NCBI GenBank assembly: GCA_001780985.1
Contig: MFJV01000001.1
Coordinates: forward strand, 835,497 to 899,496
Direction: 5' to 3'
Source of the DNA: Candidatus Gottesmanbacteria bacterium RIFCSPLOWO2_01_FULL_43_11b
Lineage (GTDB): Bacteria; Patescibacteriota; Microgenomatia; UBA10105; UBA927
Length of the DNA: 64,000 nucleotides
Shown: positions 46,972 through 55,884 of the stretch, in pieces
How positions within the stretch are numbered: the first letter of the stretch is position 1
How the letters are laid out: the number at the start of each line of letters is the position of its first letter
The notes under the pieces: model-generated
The model's database searches: none
Told to the model about the DNA's origin: nothing
The model's input: the letters and a program-made list of their open reading frames with translations, nothing else
Position numbers and translations under genes: made by a program

Positions 46972-47835
46972 ATATTTGTGGATTTCGTCGAGTGCTTCCT
47001 GCCACGTATGAAAGGTAACTCCGAGAATTCGTCTCGTTCTACGAGACACAAATCCTCCGATACGGGTTCGCGGAGCCTTTGATGATTTCTTAAGATACCG
47101 TTCCATAGAACCCTTTTTCAAGGAATAATTTTTTACAAAATAGCAATCAAATTCCCATCTTGAAACAGGCGGCCCGCAACCCACATGGTAGATTCCGGTG
47201 ATACGTTTTTGGGCAAGCTTAAAAAGAACATTACTTAAATCCGGAATGTAGGTCGGTGTAAATTGCTGATCGGCAAACAGTGAATGTCCCATATGAATCT
47301 CTCTAACAGTTTTACGGATAAGATCCCGCGGGGAGGCGATATTACCGAACGGATGTGAAATTCGTACAATCGCGTACCGATTGTTTCTGTCTACAATACT
47401 TTTTTCTGCTGTCAATTTTGTGACACCATACCAGTTAATATCATTATAGTTAGATGCAACCGGGTCAGATTCATTGTAGGGTCCCGGTTCGTTTCGAGTT
47501 CCAGGAAACACTGCATCTGAAGAGATTTGAATAAAAAAAGCACTATAGTCAATTGAGAGGTTATGGAGCGTTTGTACTGCCTCAACATTGAGACGCCAGA
47601 CCGGTCCAAACTGTTTGCCGCGGGATTTCTCGATGGCGTCAATAGCGGTTGTGGCTGCAAAATTAATAATGACATCCGGATGGAATTTTTTAATATAGGA
47701 GTTAACAGTACGCGGATGGGTAATATCGAGGTGTTTATGTGAAGGAGTAAAAACTTTGAACGGTTTATCGGCAAAAAAGGAATGAACAGATGATCCGACC
47801 AATCCACTTGCTCCTATGAGAAGGATTGTTTGCAT
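46936..47835 (-). CDS. RmlD-like NDP-4-keto-sugar reductase (dTDP-4-dehydrorhamnose reductase family SDR)
   Basis: ILLIGASGLVGS..DIT..DVIINFAA. 299 aa. 3' end overlaps the convergent gene by 36 nt. Confidence 0.7.
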   Translation of the reverse strand: MQTILLIGASGLVGSSVHSFFADKPFKVFTPSHKHLDITHPRTVNSYIKKFHPDVIINFAATTAIDAIEKSRGKQFGPVWRLNVEAVQTLHNLSIDYSAFFIQISSDAVFPGTRNEPGPYNESDPVASNYNDINWYGVTKLTAEKSIVDRNNRYAIVRISHPFGNIASPRDLIRKTVREIHMGHSLFADQQFTPTYIPDLSNVLFKLAQKRITGIYHVGCGPPVSRWEFDCYFVKNYSLKKGSMERYLKKSSKAPRTRIGGFVSRRTRRILGVTFHTWQEALDEIHKYSKRDIFAFLPY

Positions 47836-48980
47836 TAAATAGAGTTGACAACGTTTATGATGTGGTGAATCTCTTTCGTCGTTAACCTAGGATAGAAAGG
47901 AAGTGATATCGTGCTGCCTCCAATTTTTTCGGCACCTTTAAATGTCCCGCGTTTATAACCATATTTCTTTTTATAATATGAGAGAAGATGTAATGGTTTA
48001 AAATGCACAGAGATGCTGATACCGCTATTCTGGATGGCATTGATATATGTATCCCTCCTTTTCGGGTCGACCCAGATTGTATAGAGATATCGGGCATGGA
48101 GTGATTTTGCAGGAAAAGAAGGCAGACGGATTGCTGGATTTTTAGAAAATGCCTTATCGTACATTCGGGCAATCCTTTCCCGTTTGTGAAGCAGTGAGTT
48201 GATTCGTTCGAGCTGGTGGAGGAGGAGGGATGCTGCAATGTTGGTCATATTGGCTTTATACCCTAAAAATTCTAAGTCGTTTGGCTCGTAGCGCTTCACG
48301 TAGCGGTCGACGGCATTTTTGCTCATACCATGGATCCGTGCCCGAATGAACCACTCAAAAGCCTTCTTGTTGTTGGTTGTAATAGCACCGCCTTCCCCGG
48401 AAGTAATAGTTTTTGTTGCATAAAAACTAAAACAGGCAAAATCCGACAAACCACCAACGCGAATTCCATCTCTTTTTCCTTCAATACAATGTGCGGCATC
48501 TTCGATAACTTTCAATCCGTGTTTCTTTGCGATTGCATGAATTTTTTTCATATCGCACATAAGCCCATACAAATGAACAACTAATATGGCTTTTGTTTTT
48601 TTTGTAATAGCGGATTCGATAAGATTCGCATCAAGGTTACCCGTAGATTCTTCGACATCGACGAATACCGGTTTAGCGCCGCAGTGTTCAATGACATTAC
48701 TAGAGGCAGCAAACGTCATAACCGTGGTAATAACCTCATCACCCGGACCGATTCCGAGGTACTTGAGCGCCAAAAACAGCGCATCCGTGCAGCTGCTCAC
48801 TCCGACGCAGTATTTCGCACCAATGTAACGGGCAAATTTCTTTTCAAATTCTTTAACGACTTCTCCTGTAGTTAAGAATATTGAGTTAAGTACTCTGATG
48901 CACTCTTTTATATCCTTATTGTTTAGATTATGCCGATAAAATTCAATTTTTTTTCTTTTCATGTGCTGCAGTGACGACAA
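47835..48980 (-). CDS. DegT/DnrJ/EryC1-family PLP-dependent sugar aminotransferase
   Basis: GDEVITTVMTFAAS..VDVE..DAAHCIEG..CFSFYATKTITSGEGGAITT, with the Lys present. Start may be the internal Met MKRKKIEFY at 48962. Confidence 0.85.
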   Translation of the reverse strand: MSSLQHMKRKKIEFYRHNLNNKDIKECIRVLNSIFLTTGEVVKEFEKKFARYIGAKYCVGVSSCTDALFLALKYLGIGPGDEVITTVMTFAASSNVIEHCGAKPVFVDVEESTGNLDANLIESAITKKTKAILVVHLYGLMCDMKKIHAIAKKHGLKVIEDAAHCIEGKRDGIRVGGLSDFACFSFYATKTITSGEGGAITTNNKKAFEWFIRARIHGMSKNAVDRYVKRYEPNDLEFLGYKANMTNIAASLLLHQLERINSLLHKRERIARMYDKAFSKNPAIRLPSFPAKSLHARYLYTIWVDPKRRDTYINAIQNSGISISVHFKPLHLLSYYKKKYGYKRGTFKGAEKIGGSTISLPFYPRLTTKEIHHIINVVNSI

Positions 48981-49857
48981 TTGTTCCCGATTTATGCATT
49001 AAACTTCCTGCGATCCAAAAAAGTATAACGATGGGGGAGCCCACTGTCAACCAAAATATACTCCAGAATGCGTCCTTCGGTCGAAACGTAGCATCATGGC
49101 CGCGCCTTATGAATCTATGAAGCGCTCCCTGAGATCCGGTTGAGGCGTTAATAAATGTTTGGAGGAGGCACGGCAGATGGTGCTCCGGTGACCAGTAATC
49201 GATGGATTCTACTTTAAATCCATATTGTTTTAGGAGAAGTTCTATCGATACGGGAGTATTTTCCCAAATGTGAAACTTCGGGGTATGGAACCAGTGACTA
49301 CCAAAGACATAGTATTCCAGACAATCAATATTTGGAACGCCGATAACCAATCGGCCATGTTTAGGAATAAGATTCTTTTTGGATGCTGCAATGTAGTCCC
49401 AAGGGTTGGGAACATGTTCGAGTACGTGCCAAAAAGAAATGACGTCCGCATTCAAATTATTCTTTTTAAGAAATTCTTCATCGGTTAATGTTGCAATGCC
49501 GGCGTCCTTCATGAGACGGCGGGCGGACGCGGAAACTTCAACACCGATCTTTTTTTCCGCCCGGACAGTTTTGAGGAAACTGCCGTCACCTGCACCTACA
49601 TCTATCCAGAGCTTTTTTTGTTCTGTTCCTACGTAGAGAGACCGAATAAGATAAAAGAAGGTAGATACGGGCTTCAAAAGTTTAGAAGCGAGAGGAGATG
49701 TCCCTTGATAATACTTTTCCTCGTATGTCGGGATCACGAAACGTTTTACCCATGCAAGCCGGCAGACAGAACAATGCAAATATAGAGGGAGATGGGGGAG
49801 TTGTTGCCCTTTGTTTTTACAGAAGGGGCATCTAGTGCGTTCTATAATACTTTTCAT
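48943..49857 (-). CDS. SAM-dependent methyltransferase with N-terminal Cys4 zinc ribbon
   Basis: CPFCKN...CSVC followed by WIDVGAGDGSFL and VISFWHVLEHV. Start taken at internal Met MKSIIERT. Confidence 0.75.
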   Translation of the reverse strand: MKSIIERTRCPFCKNKGQQLPHLPLYLHCSVCRLAWVKRFVIPTYEEKYYQGTSPLASKLLKPVSTFFYLIRSLYVGTEQKKLWIDVGAGDGSFLKTVRAEKKIGVEVSASARRLMKDAGIATLTDEEFLKKNNLNADVISFWHVLEHVPNPWDYIAASKKNLIPKHGRLVIGVPNIDCLEYYVFGSHWFHTPKFHIWENTPVSIELLLKQYGFKVESIDYWSPEHHLPCLLQTFINASTGSQGALHRFIRRGHDATFRPKDAFWSIFWLTVGSPIVILFWIAGSLMHKSGTIVVTAAHEKKKN

Positions 49858-50563
49858 ATTGAAACCGAAACCACAGGTACCAGATATAAAAAAATTCATT
49901 CATACCCCATATTGCCTTTTTAATAAAAGTACCGACAAACGACGAAGTACCCACACGCGCGCGAAAATTCACAGGAATCTGAATATAATGTACTTTCCTC
50001 ATGACCGCGACAAGAATCCATTTAATTGAAAATATCCAGTCGCCTCCTCTTACTTCTTTTTCAATACGTCTCCAGGCAGTCCTATGGGTGAGGCGAAGGG
50101 TACATCCGAGATCAGTTAAAAGCGGGCAAAAGAAAAGCCACGTGGCCATTTTTGCAAGCCAAATTGCAAGTATTTGCTTAACAGAAGTCATGTCTGAACC
50201 TTTGTGGATGAGTGAAACGTGTGTTCTGGATCCCAAAACTAAATCAAAATCGTCACTATATGAAAGCAGTTTGATGATGTCATTGCCGTCGAAGGTACCG
50301 TCTGGTTCCGCGACAATAAGAAGATCTGCATATGTAGAAGAAAGGCCTTTTCGAATTGCATGTCCATACCCCTGACGTTTTTCATATACTATTTTCGCTC
50401 TCGTTTTTTTTACTTCTTCAACCGTTCCTTCTTCGGCATTATTATCAACGACAATAAGTTCATCAACATACCCGGAGCGGTCAAATTCACGAATGACGCT
50501 CTTGATGGATTTTTTTTCCCGGAATGTAGGGAAGATAACCGCGACTTTTTTTCCGTGCCACAT
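49832..50563 (-). CDS. GT2 polyprenol-phosphate glycosyltransferase-like (DPM1/GtrB-like) with hydrophobic C-terminus
   Basis: VAVIFPTFREKKSI..LIVVDNNAEEGT..IVAEPDGTF. Hydrophobic C-terminal ~60 aa. Confidence 0.8.
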   Translation of the reverse strand: MWHGKKVAVIFPTFREKKSIKSVIREFDRSGYVDELIVVDNNAEEGTVEEVKKTRAKIVYEKRQGYGHAIRKGLSSTYADLLIVAEPDGTFDGNDIIKLLSYSDDFDLVLGSRTHVSLIHKGSDMTSVKQILAIWLAKMATWLFFCPLLTDLGCTLRLTHRTAWRRIEKEVRGGDWIFSIKWILVAVMRKVHYIQIPVNFRARVGTSSFVGTFIKKAIWGMNEFFYIWYLWFRFQYEKYYRTH

Positions 50564-50564
50564 A

Positions 50565-52028
50565 TTATTTGATTCGCGTCTCTATTACACAGCTACAGGC
50601 TTTGTCGAAGCGAAGTCTGATAACGTGATCATATTTTGGAACTTGTTCTTTCCAATCATGATAGACAGTACTATCCGTAGTATATGTTACTTCGTTTCTC
50701 CCAATAACCTGAGTAAAGAAAGAACCTTCTTGCCCTGCAAACTCAGGAGACTTCACAACGACCAGAGTGTTTGGAGAGAGTGAATTCCGCTTTTCGACAA
50801 TATAGGAATAAAGTGCTTTTGTGGGTCTGTTCCACACAAACGTACGGCGCATAATATTTTCTAAGAGAGTTACACTCGCGAAATAGTAAATAACAAGGAG
50901 AATAATTCCTAGGTAAAGTCGGAGCCCTTTGTGTTGCAGGAAGAAATACCAAAGAGCAATTGCCCAAAATATACTCAAGAAAAATGTAGGAAAATATAAA
51001 TACCTGTTGGAATCTGCGATGATAATTTCAGGAAGCTTCACATACGCGTTAAGGAAAAAAATGATGGTTACTGCGGTAAGGCAGGTTACAAGGAGAGCCC
51101 GAAATTTTGGAAGCCTGGTAAAAAGTATGAGGAATACGATCGGATAAAGAAGAAATACGTAAGGTAAACTTTTGATTGCCAATTGAGCACTAAACCGTAC
51201 AAAGGCAGCTGACGTTGAGAAATAGCTTACGAGCGGTGCGTAATCAGACCAAAACACAAGCTGGAGCGCCATTGCCCGAACATAGTTATATTTTTGAGGA
51301 TTCAATAAAAACTCAGGGAGGGTCCATTTTGGCCCCCAGCCACCGTAGGATAACTGTTGCGCTGCGACAATTGCTGTGCTCAGCAACAAAAACGATGCTC
51401 CGATAAATATTCCCCTCCGCAGATTGCGATTGTTGGATTTGAATACAAACCACCAGAAAGGATACAAGGCAAATGCAGGAGTGAGCAGGAGTTCCACATG
51501 TCCAAGTCCTATTCCCACAACATACAAAATTAAAGAAAGTCCGTACTGTATATTCTTTCCTGTCGTAAGAAATAAATGGAGGAATAGGAAACTAATAATC
51601 ATAAATGGTACATTAATGACCCGTTCCAAAAAAAAGCAATAGCAGTGTGTACCATATGTATCCCACGTCCCGAAGTAATTAACACTGGCAATGAGCGACG
51701 CGCTAAAAGCCAGAATTCGTGACCGGGTGACTGTTCGCACGAGAAGATAGAACAAGACGTCGATAAGCAAAATGACACCCAGTTCAAACCATAAGTAAAG
51801 ACTTATGGTTGGTCCGAATAGTTTTGCCAGTATCGGGGCGAGAAGAGCTTTCCCGACTTGAATTGCGGTCAGCGCGTATTGCTGACTCCAATACTGTTTT
51901 TGTATGTTTTCGAACATAAAGAGGAATGCGTCGGTTCGGAGAATAGTCTGCGGGAGAAGCCGCCATGCATACAGGGTCAATACAATAAGAAGGATAACTA
52001 ATATAACATCCGGAAAAAATTTTTTCAT
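50565..52028 (-). CDS. large polytopic membrane protein, unknown (possible GT-C or polymerase-like)
   Basis: 487 aa with at least 12 hydrophobic segments. No soluble domain or catalytic motif recognised. Confidence 0.55.
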   Translation of the reverse strand: MKKFFPDVILVILLIVLTLYAWRLLPQTILRTDAFLFMFENIQKQYWSQQYALTAIQVGKALLAPILAKLFGPTISLYLWFELGVILLIDVLFYLLVRTVTRSRILAFSASLIASVNYFGTWDTYGTHCYCFFLERVINVPFMIISFLFLHLFLTTGKNIQYGLSLILYVVGIGLGHVELLLTPAFALYPFWWFVFKSNNRNLRRGIFIGASFLLLSTAIVAAQQLSYGGWGPKWTLPEFLLNPQKYNYVRAMALQLVFWSDYAPLVSYFSTSAAFVRFSAQLAIKSLPYVFLLYPIVFLILFTRLPKFRALLVTCLTAVTIIFFLNAYVKLPEIIIADSNRYLYFPTFFLSIFWAIALWYFFLQHKGLRLYLGIILLVIYYFASVTLLENIMRRTFVWNRPTKALYSYIVEKRNSLSPNTLVVVKSPEFAGQEGSFFTQVIGRNEVTYTTDSTVYHDWKEQVPKYDHVIRLRFDKACSCVIETRIK

Positions 52029-53128
52029 ACGGCGTAGAAAGATGCAATTGTTTTGTACACAAATTGGATTTCTTTCTTGGTAATCTCCGGAAACATGGGG
52101 AGAGATAAAATTGCTTTACTCCGTTTTTCCGTGACGGGATACATACCCGGTTTATACCCTCTTTTCCTGTAAGGTTTTTGTAAATGAATGGGTATCGGGT
52201 AATGGATAACCGTAGAAATGCCGTAGGACTCAAGGTATTTTTGCAGCCCGTCTCTATTTTCACACGTAATCATATAGAGATGATAGATGTGGTAGACGTA
52301 AGGCATTTCAATTGGCGTTTTGACCTGTTTTATTCCTGATAACAGATTATTGTAGAGTAAAGCTGCCTGGCGTCTATTTTTGTTCCATTGCGAAAGCAAT
52401 GGAATTTTTGCTGAAAGTATTGCAGCCTGGAACGTATCGAGCCGGCTTTTATACCCAAATTGCGTATGAATATATTTTTTTGTTGAGCCATCGTTTCGTA
52501 ATTTAAGTGCAGAATCACGAATTTTTTTACTATCGGTAACTATAGCGCCGGCATCACCGAATGAACCGAGGTTTTTCCCAGGGTAAAACGAAAATGTGCC
52601 TGTCTCGGTATACGGCAATATTTTGTTTTTATAACGGGCTCCGTGCGCCTGGCATGCATCTTCGATAATGGAAAGTCTGTATTTTTGTGCAAGTTTGACA
52701 ATAGGATCCATGTCAGCGGACTGACCGCATAAATGCACCGGCATAATTGCTTTTGTGTTTTTGGTAATTGCCTTTTCTATCTTTGAGACATCAAGATTCC
52801 CACTTTTGGGATTAATATCAACAAAGATGGGAACTGCACCTATTTGTGAAATCATCATCGCGGGAGAAAAATAGCTGTTTGGGGCGGTAATGACTTCGTC
52901 TCCGGGACTTATTCCATATGCCAACAGAGCAAAAAGGATTGCATCCGTACCTGAGTTAAGCCCGACACAATATTTTTTACCGCAAAAATCTGCGAATTGA
53001 CGCTCAAAACGTTCAACCGGTTTTCCTTCGACAAAAATGGAATCTTTTAATGTCTGATTAAAGACGTGAGAAAATGCTTTTCGATAACGCCTGTTTTGAC
53101 GTTGAAGATCAACAAATGCGATTTTCAT
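52025..53128 (-). CDS. DegT/DnrJ/EryC1-family PLP-dependent sugar aminotransferase
   Basis: Start at internal Met MKIAFVDL (CAT at 53126..53128). GDEVITAPNSYFS..DACQAHG..TFSFYPGKNLGSFGDAGAIVT, with the Lys present. Confidence 0.85.
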   Translation of the reverse strand: MKIAFVDLQRQNRRYRKAFSHVFNQTLKDSIFVEGKPVERFERQFADFCGKKYCVGLNSGTDAILFALLAYGISPGDEVITAPNSYFSPAMMISQIGAVPIFVDINPKSGNLDVSKIEKAITKNTKAIMPVHLCGQSADMDPIVKLAQKYRLSIIEDACQAHGARYKNKILPYTETGTFSFYPGKNLGSFGDAGAIVTDSKKIRDSALKLRNDGSTKKYIHTQFGYKSRLDTFQAAILSAKIPLLSQWNKNRRQAALLYNNLLSGIKQVKTPIEMPYVYHIYHLYMITCENRDGLQKYLESYGISTVIHYPIPIHLQKPYRKRGYKPGMYPVTEKRSKAILSLPMFPEITKKEIQFVYKTIASFYAV

Positions 53129-53192
53129 AAAGGATTCTTGTCGTGTTATACTACCATACCCTATCTGTGCCGAAAAGAAGAATGTTTGATCT

Positions 53193-53828
53193 ATGAAACC
53201 AAAGAACGTGATTTTTTGGGGCGGAACAGGGCAAGCGAAAGTTGTGCGCCCCATTATTGAAGCATACGGTGGAAAACTTGTTGCTGTTTTTGATGATAAT
53301 CCAAAGCTTCCGCCGCCATTTCCTGATGTCCCCTTATTTTATGGGAAGAAAGGCTTTGAAAAATGGATGAAATCACACGTACCCCGACGATTGGGGTTCT
53401 GTATCACTATAGGTAACCCACATGGCCGCGTGCGGGTGAAGTTTCATAACTGGCTCGTTGGGATCGGATTAACGCCGGTAACTGTCATACATCCGACTGC
53501 CTTTATTGCCGATAATGCCGTTATTGGTGACGGTTGCCAGTTTATGGCCGGAGCTTCTGTGGGTGTCCAGGCGCAGCTGGGAAAAGAATGCATTATTAAT
53601 ACTAACGCGAGTGTTGACCATGAATGTGTGCTTGGCGATGGCGTGGGAGTAGCACCCGGTGCGACGTTATGCGGAGAAGTAAAAGTCGGAATTAATGGTT
53701 GGATTGGTGCGGGTGCTACCGTTTTACCGCGAATTACGATTGGTGCTGACAGTATTGTTGGCGCCGGTGCAGTCGTTATTCGAGATGTTCCCTCCGATGT
53801 TACCGTCGTTGGTGTTCCGGCAAAATGA
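53193..53828 (+). CDS. PglD/NeuD-family hexapeptide-repeat sugar N-acetyltransferase
   Basis: N-terminal Rossmann-like VIFWGGTGQAKVV. C-terminal left-handed beta-helix repeats (IGDGCQFMAGASVG..VGVAPGATLCGEV..IGAGATVLPRITIG..VGAGAVVIRDV). Confidence 0.8.
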   Translation: MKPKNVIFWGGTGQAKVVRPIIEAYGGKLVAVFDDNPKLPPPFPDVPLFYGKKGFEKWMKSHVPRRLGFCITIGNPHGRVRVKFHNWLVGIGLTPVTVIHPTAFIADNAVIGDGCQFMAGASVGVQAQLGKECIINTNASVDHECVLGDGVGVAPGATLCGEVKVGINGWIGAGATVLPRITIGADSIVGAGAVVIRDVPSDVTVVGVPAK

Positions 53829-54414
53829 GGGTTTTCTTTGCGATAATTGTCGGATATTTGTACAGCCAGTAAAATTTTTTAATAACAAACGAGCGTTCTA
53901 TCGTTAATTGTTTCCGGAAAATTTTCTTAATTTCAGGAAGTTCGCGAAAGTTTTCCCCTTCATCTATTTTTTCCAAAACGGCACTTAATGGACCCAGGTC
54001 AGGCTTACTATCAAAAAGAATTATTCTTTTAAAACGGATATTTTTTGTTAAGTTTGATAAAACCGTTTGTAGTTGTACATCAGTCATATGATGAATAACA
54101 TTCATAAATAAAACAATATCGAATTTTTTATTCAGCGGCTGTAAATTTTGGGCATTCAAAAATAAAAAATTTCTTGCCGGACTGCCAAAGTGTTTCCGTG
54201 CGTATTGTATATAAGATAAATTATTATCGACTCCTACATAGTATTTTGGGCGGATGAATTTCATTATTGTTCCGGGACCACATCCTATTTCCAAGATAGA
54301 ATCATGCGGATACTTCTCAATGAGGCGTTTTGCTACATGCGGGAAATCCATGTCTAATATCTGGATGACATTATATATCCCGGGGATGTTCAAGAGTTGA
54401 GTTTTTAGGTTCAT
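53800..54414 (-). CDS. class I SAM-dependent methyltransferase
   Basis: ILEIGCGPGTIMKFI and FDIVLFMNVIHHM. Confidence 0.75.
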   Translation of the reverse strand: MNLKTQLLNIPGIYNVIQILDMDFPHVAKRLIEKYPHDSILEIGCGPGTIMKFIRPKYYVGVDNNLSYIQYARKHFGSPARNFLFLNAQNLQPLNKKFDIVLFMNVIHHMTDVQLQTVLSNLTKNIRFKRIILFDSKPDLGPLSAVLEKIDEGENFRELPEIKKIFRKQLTIERSFVIKKFYWLYKYPTIIAKKTLILPEHQRR

Positions 54415-55133
54415 TTTTCGCGTCGCCTAAATTGCAAAATGGCAATAATATAGCGGAGTGAATCATGAAATGGCTTTACTGTCGAGGTCTTTTTTACGTT
54501 TCGTATAAATTGAACAGGAAGTTCAACGATTCGTAAACGAGATTGATATGCTCTTGCAACTAGTTCGGTATCCCAAAACCAATGAGGATCCCGGACGGCA
54601 CTAAGAACGCGCAGAATTTTTTGTCTTTTAAAAAACTTATAACCGGCCTCCGTATCGTGGATAGGGAGGTGTAAGAGTCGGCGTACCATCATCGCATAGC
54701 CTTTGCTCAGGAGTGTACGCAGAATATTCTGAAAAGAAAAATCTACAGTGTAATAGCGTTTTGCGACGACAATGTCTGCCCGATTTTCCATAATGAGGTG
54801 TGTGAAAGAGGGTATATACTTTGGAGAAACTTCCAGATCGATATCGATATACCCAACGATGGTTGAGGAAGACATCCTTATTCCCTCTGTCACAGTTGCG
54901 CCCCTACCCCGGTTGTGAGCGTGCATGAGAAATGTAATATTTTTTTGCTTTTTTATTATCTGTTTTACCAACTGCGGAGTTTGATCGGTACTTTTGTCAT
55001 CGATAATGATAAGAGAAAAGTCATTGTAAAAAAACTTCTTCATGTACGCTATAATGCGTGGTAAGCTTTTTTGAATATGTTCTGCTTCGTTATAACAAGG
55101 GAGAATAAGGGTAACGAGGCGGGAAGAAAGCAT
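54411..55133 (-). CDS. GT2 family glycosyltransferase
   Basis: VTLILPCYNEAEHI..LIIIDDKSTDQT..YIDIDLE. Confidence 0.85.
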   Translation of the reverse strand: MLSSRLVTLILPCYNEAEHIQKSLPRIIAYMKKFFYNDFSLIIIDDKSTDQTPQLVKQIIKKQKNITFLMHAHNRGRGATVTEGIRMSSSTIVGYIDIDLEVSPKYIPSFTHLIMENRADIVVAKRYYTVDFSFQNILRTLLSKGYAMMVRRLLHLPIHDTEAGYKFFKRQKILRVLSAVRDPHWFWDTELVARAYQSRLRIVELPVQFIRNVKKTSTVKPFHDSLRYIIAILQFRRREK

Positions 55134-55155
55134 ACACTACATAGTACCAAATAGT

Positions 55156-55884
55156 ATGGAAAAAAAATACTATTCTGTCCTTTATCATCACCAAAATACA
55201 TTTTGGTGGTATAAGGGAATGAAGGATATTAACATTCGGTTAATCAAGAAATTTCTTCCCCGGGGAGAAAACCGCATTCTTGATGCAGGATGCGGTGCGG
55301 GTGCCGCATTACCGTATTTATCACAATTCGGGAACGCTGTTGGCATTGATGCTTCATCTGACGCAGTACGGTACGCCAAAACAATCGGAAAAGCGATGAA
55401 GGGGAACATCATGCATTTGCCGTTCAAAAATGAAACATTCGATATGGTTTTCTGTTTCGGGGTTCTCTACCATAGATGGGTAATTGACGACAATGTTGCA
55501 ATTGCTGAATTCCGGAGAGTTCTAAAAAAAGGCGGTTTCTTATACAGCCAGGAACCGGCATATCATTGGCTCATGGGTAACGAAGATGAAATTTCACAAG
55601 GGAAACATCGCTATACGCTACCGGAAATGCAGAAAAAACTGAAACAGAAGAAATTCAAAATTCTCAAAGCCACATACGTAAACACCATTCTTTTACCTCT
55701 GGCTATTTTGCGCCGACTGCCAAACATTTTGGGTTTTCGGGAAAAGAAAAAGGAAAGCGACATTTTTACTTTACCGCCGATAGTTAATGCTCTTTTTTAT
55801 ATAATACTGCGCATAGAAGGATTACTTCTTCAATATGTGAACTTTCCGCACGGTATGTCGATCATTTGCATTGCAAAAAAGTAA
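55156..55884 (+). CDS. class I SAM-dependent methyltransferase
   Basis: ILDAGCGAGAALPYL and FDMVFCFGVLYH. Confidence 0.8.
   Translation: MEKKYYSVLYHHQNTFWWYKGMKDINIRLIKKFLPRGENRILDAGCGAGAALPYLSQFGNAVGIDASSDAVRYAKTIGKAMKGNIMHLPFKNETFDMVFCFGVLYHRWVIDDNVAIAEFRRVLKKGGFLYSQEPAYHWLMGNEDEISQGKHRYTLPEMQKKLKQKKFKILKATYVNTILLPLAILRRLPNILGFREKKKESDIFTLPPIVNALFYIILRIEGLLLQYVNFPHGMSIICIAKK

Noticed and set aside
47412-47807. 131-aa alternative-frame minus ORF within the RmlD-like gene
   Set aside because: Out-of-frame overlap. Low-complexity Leu/Ile/Pro-rich translation.
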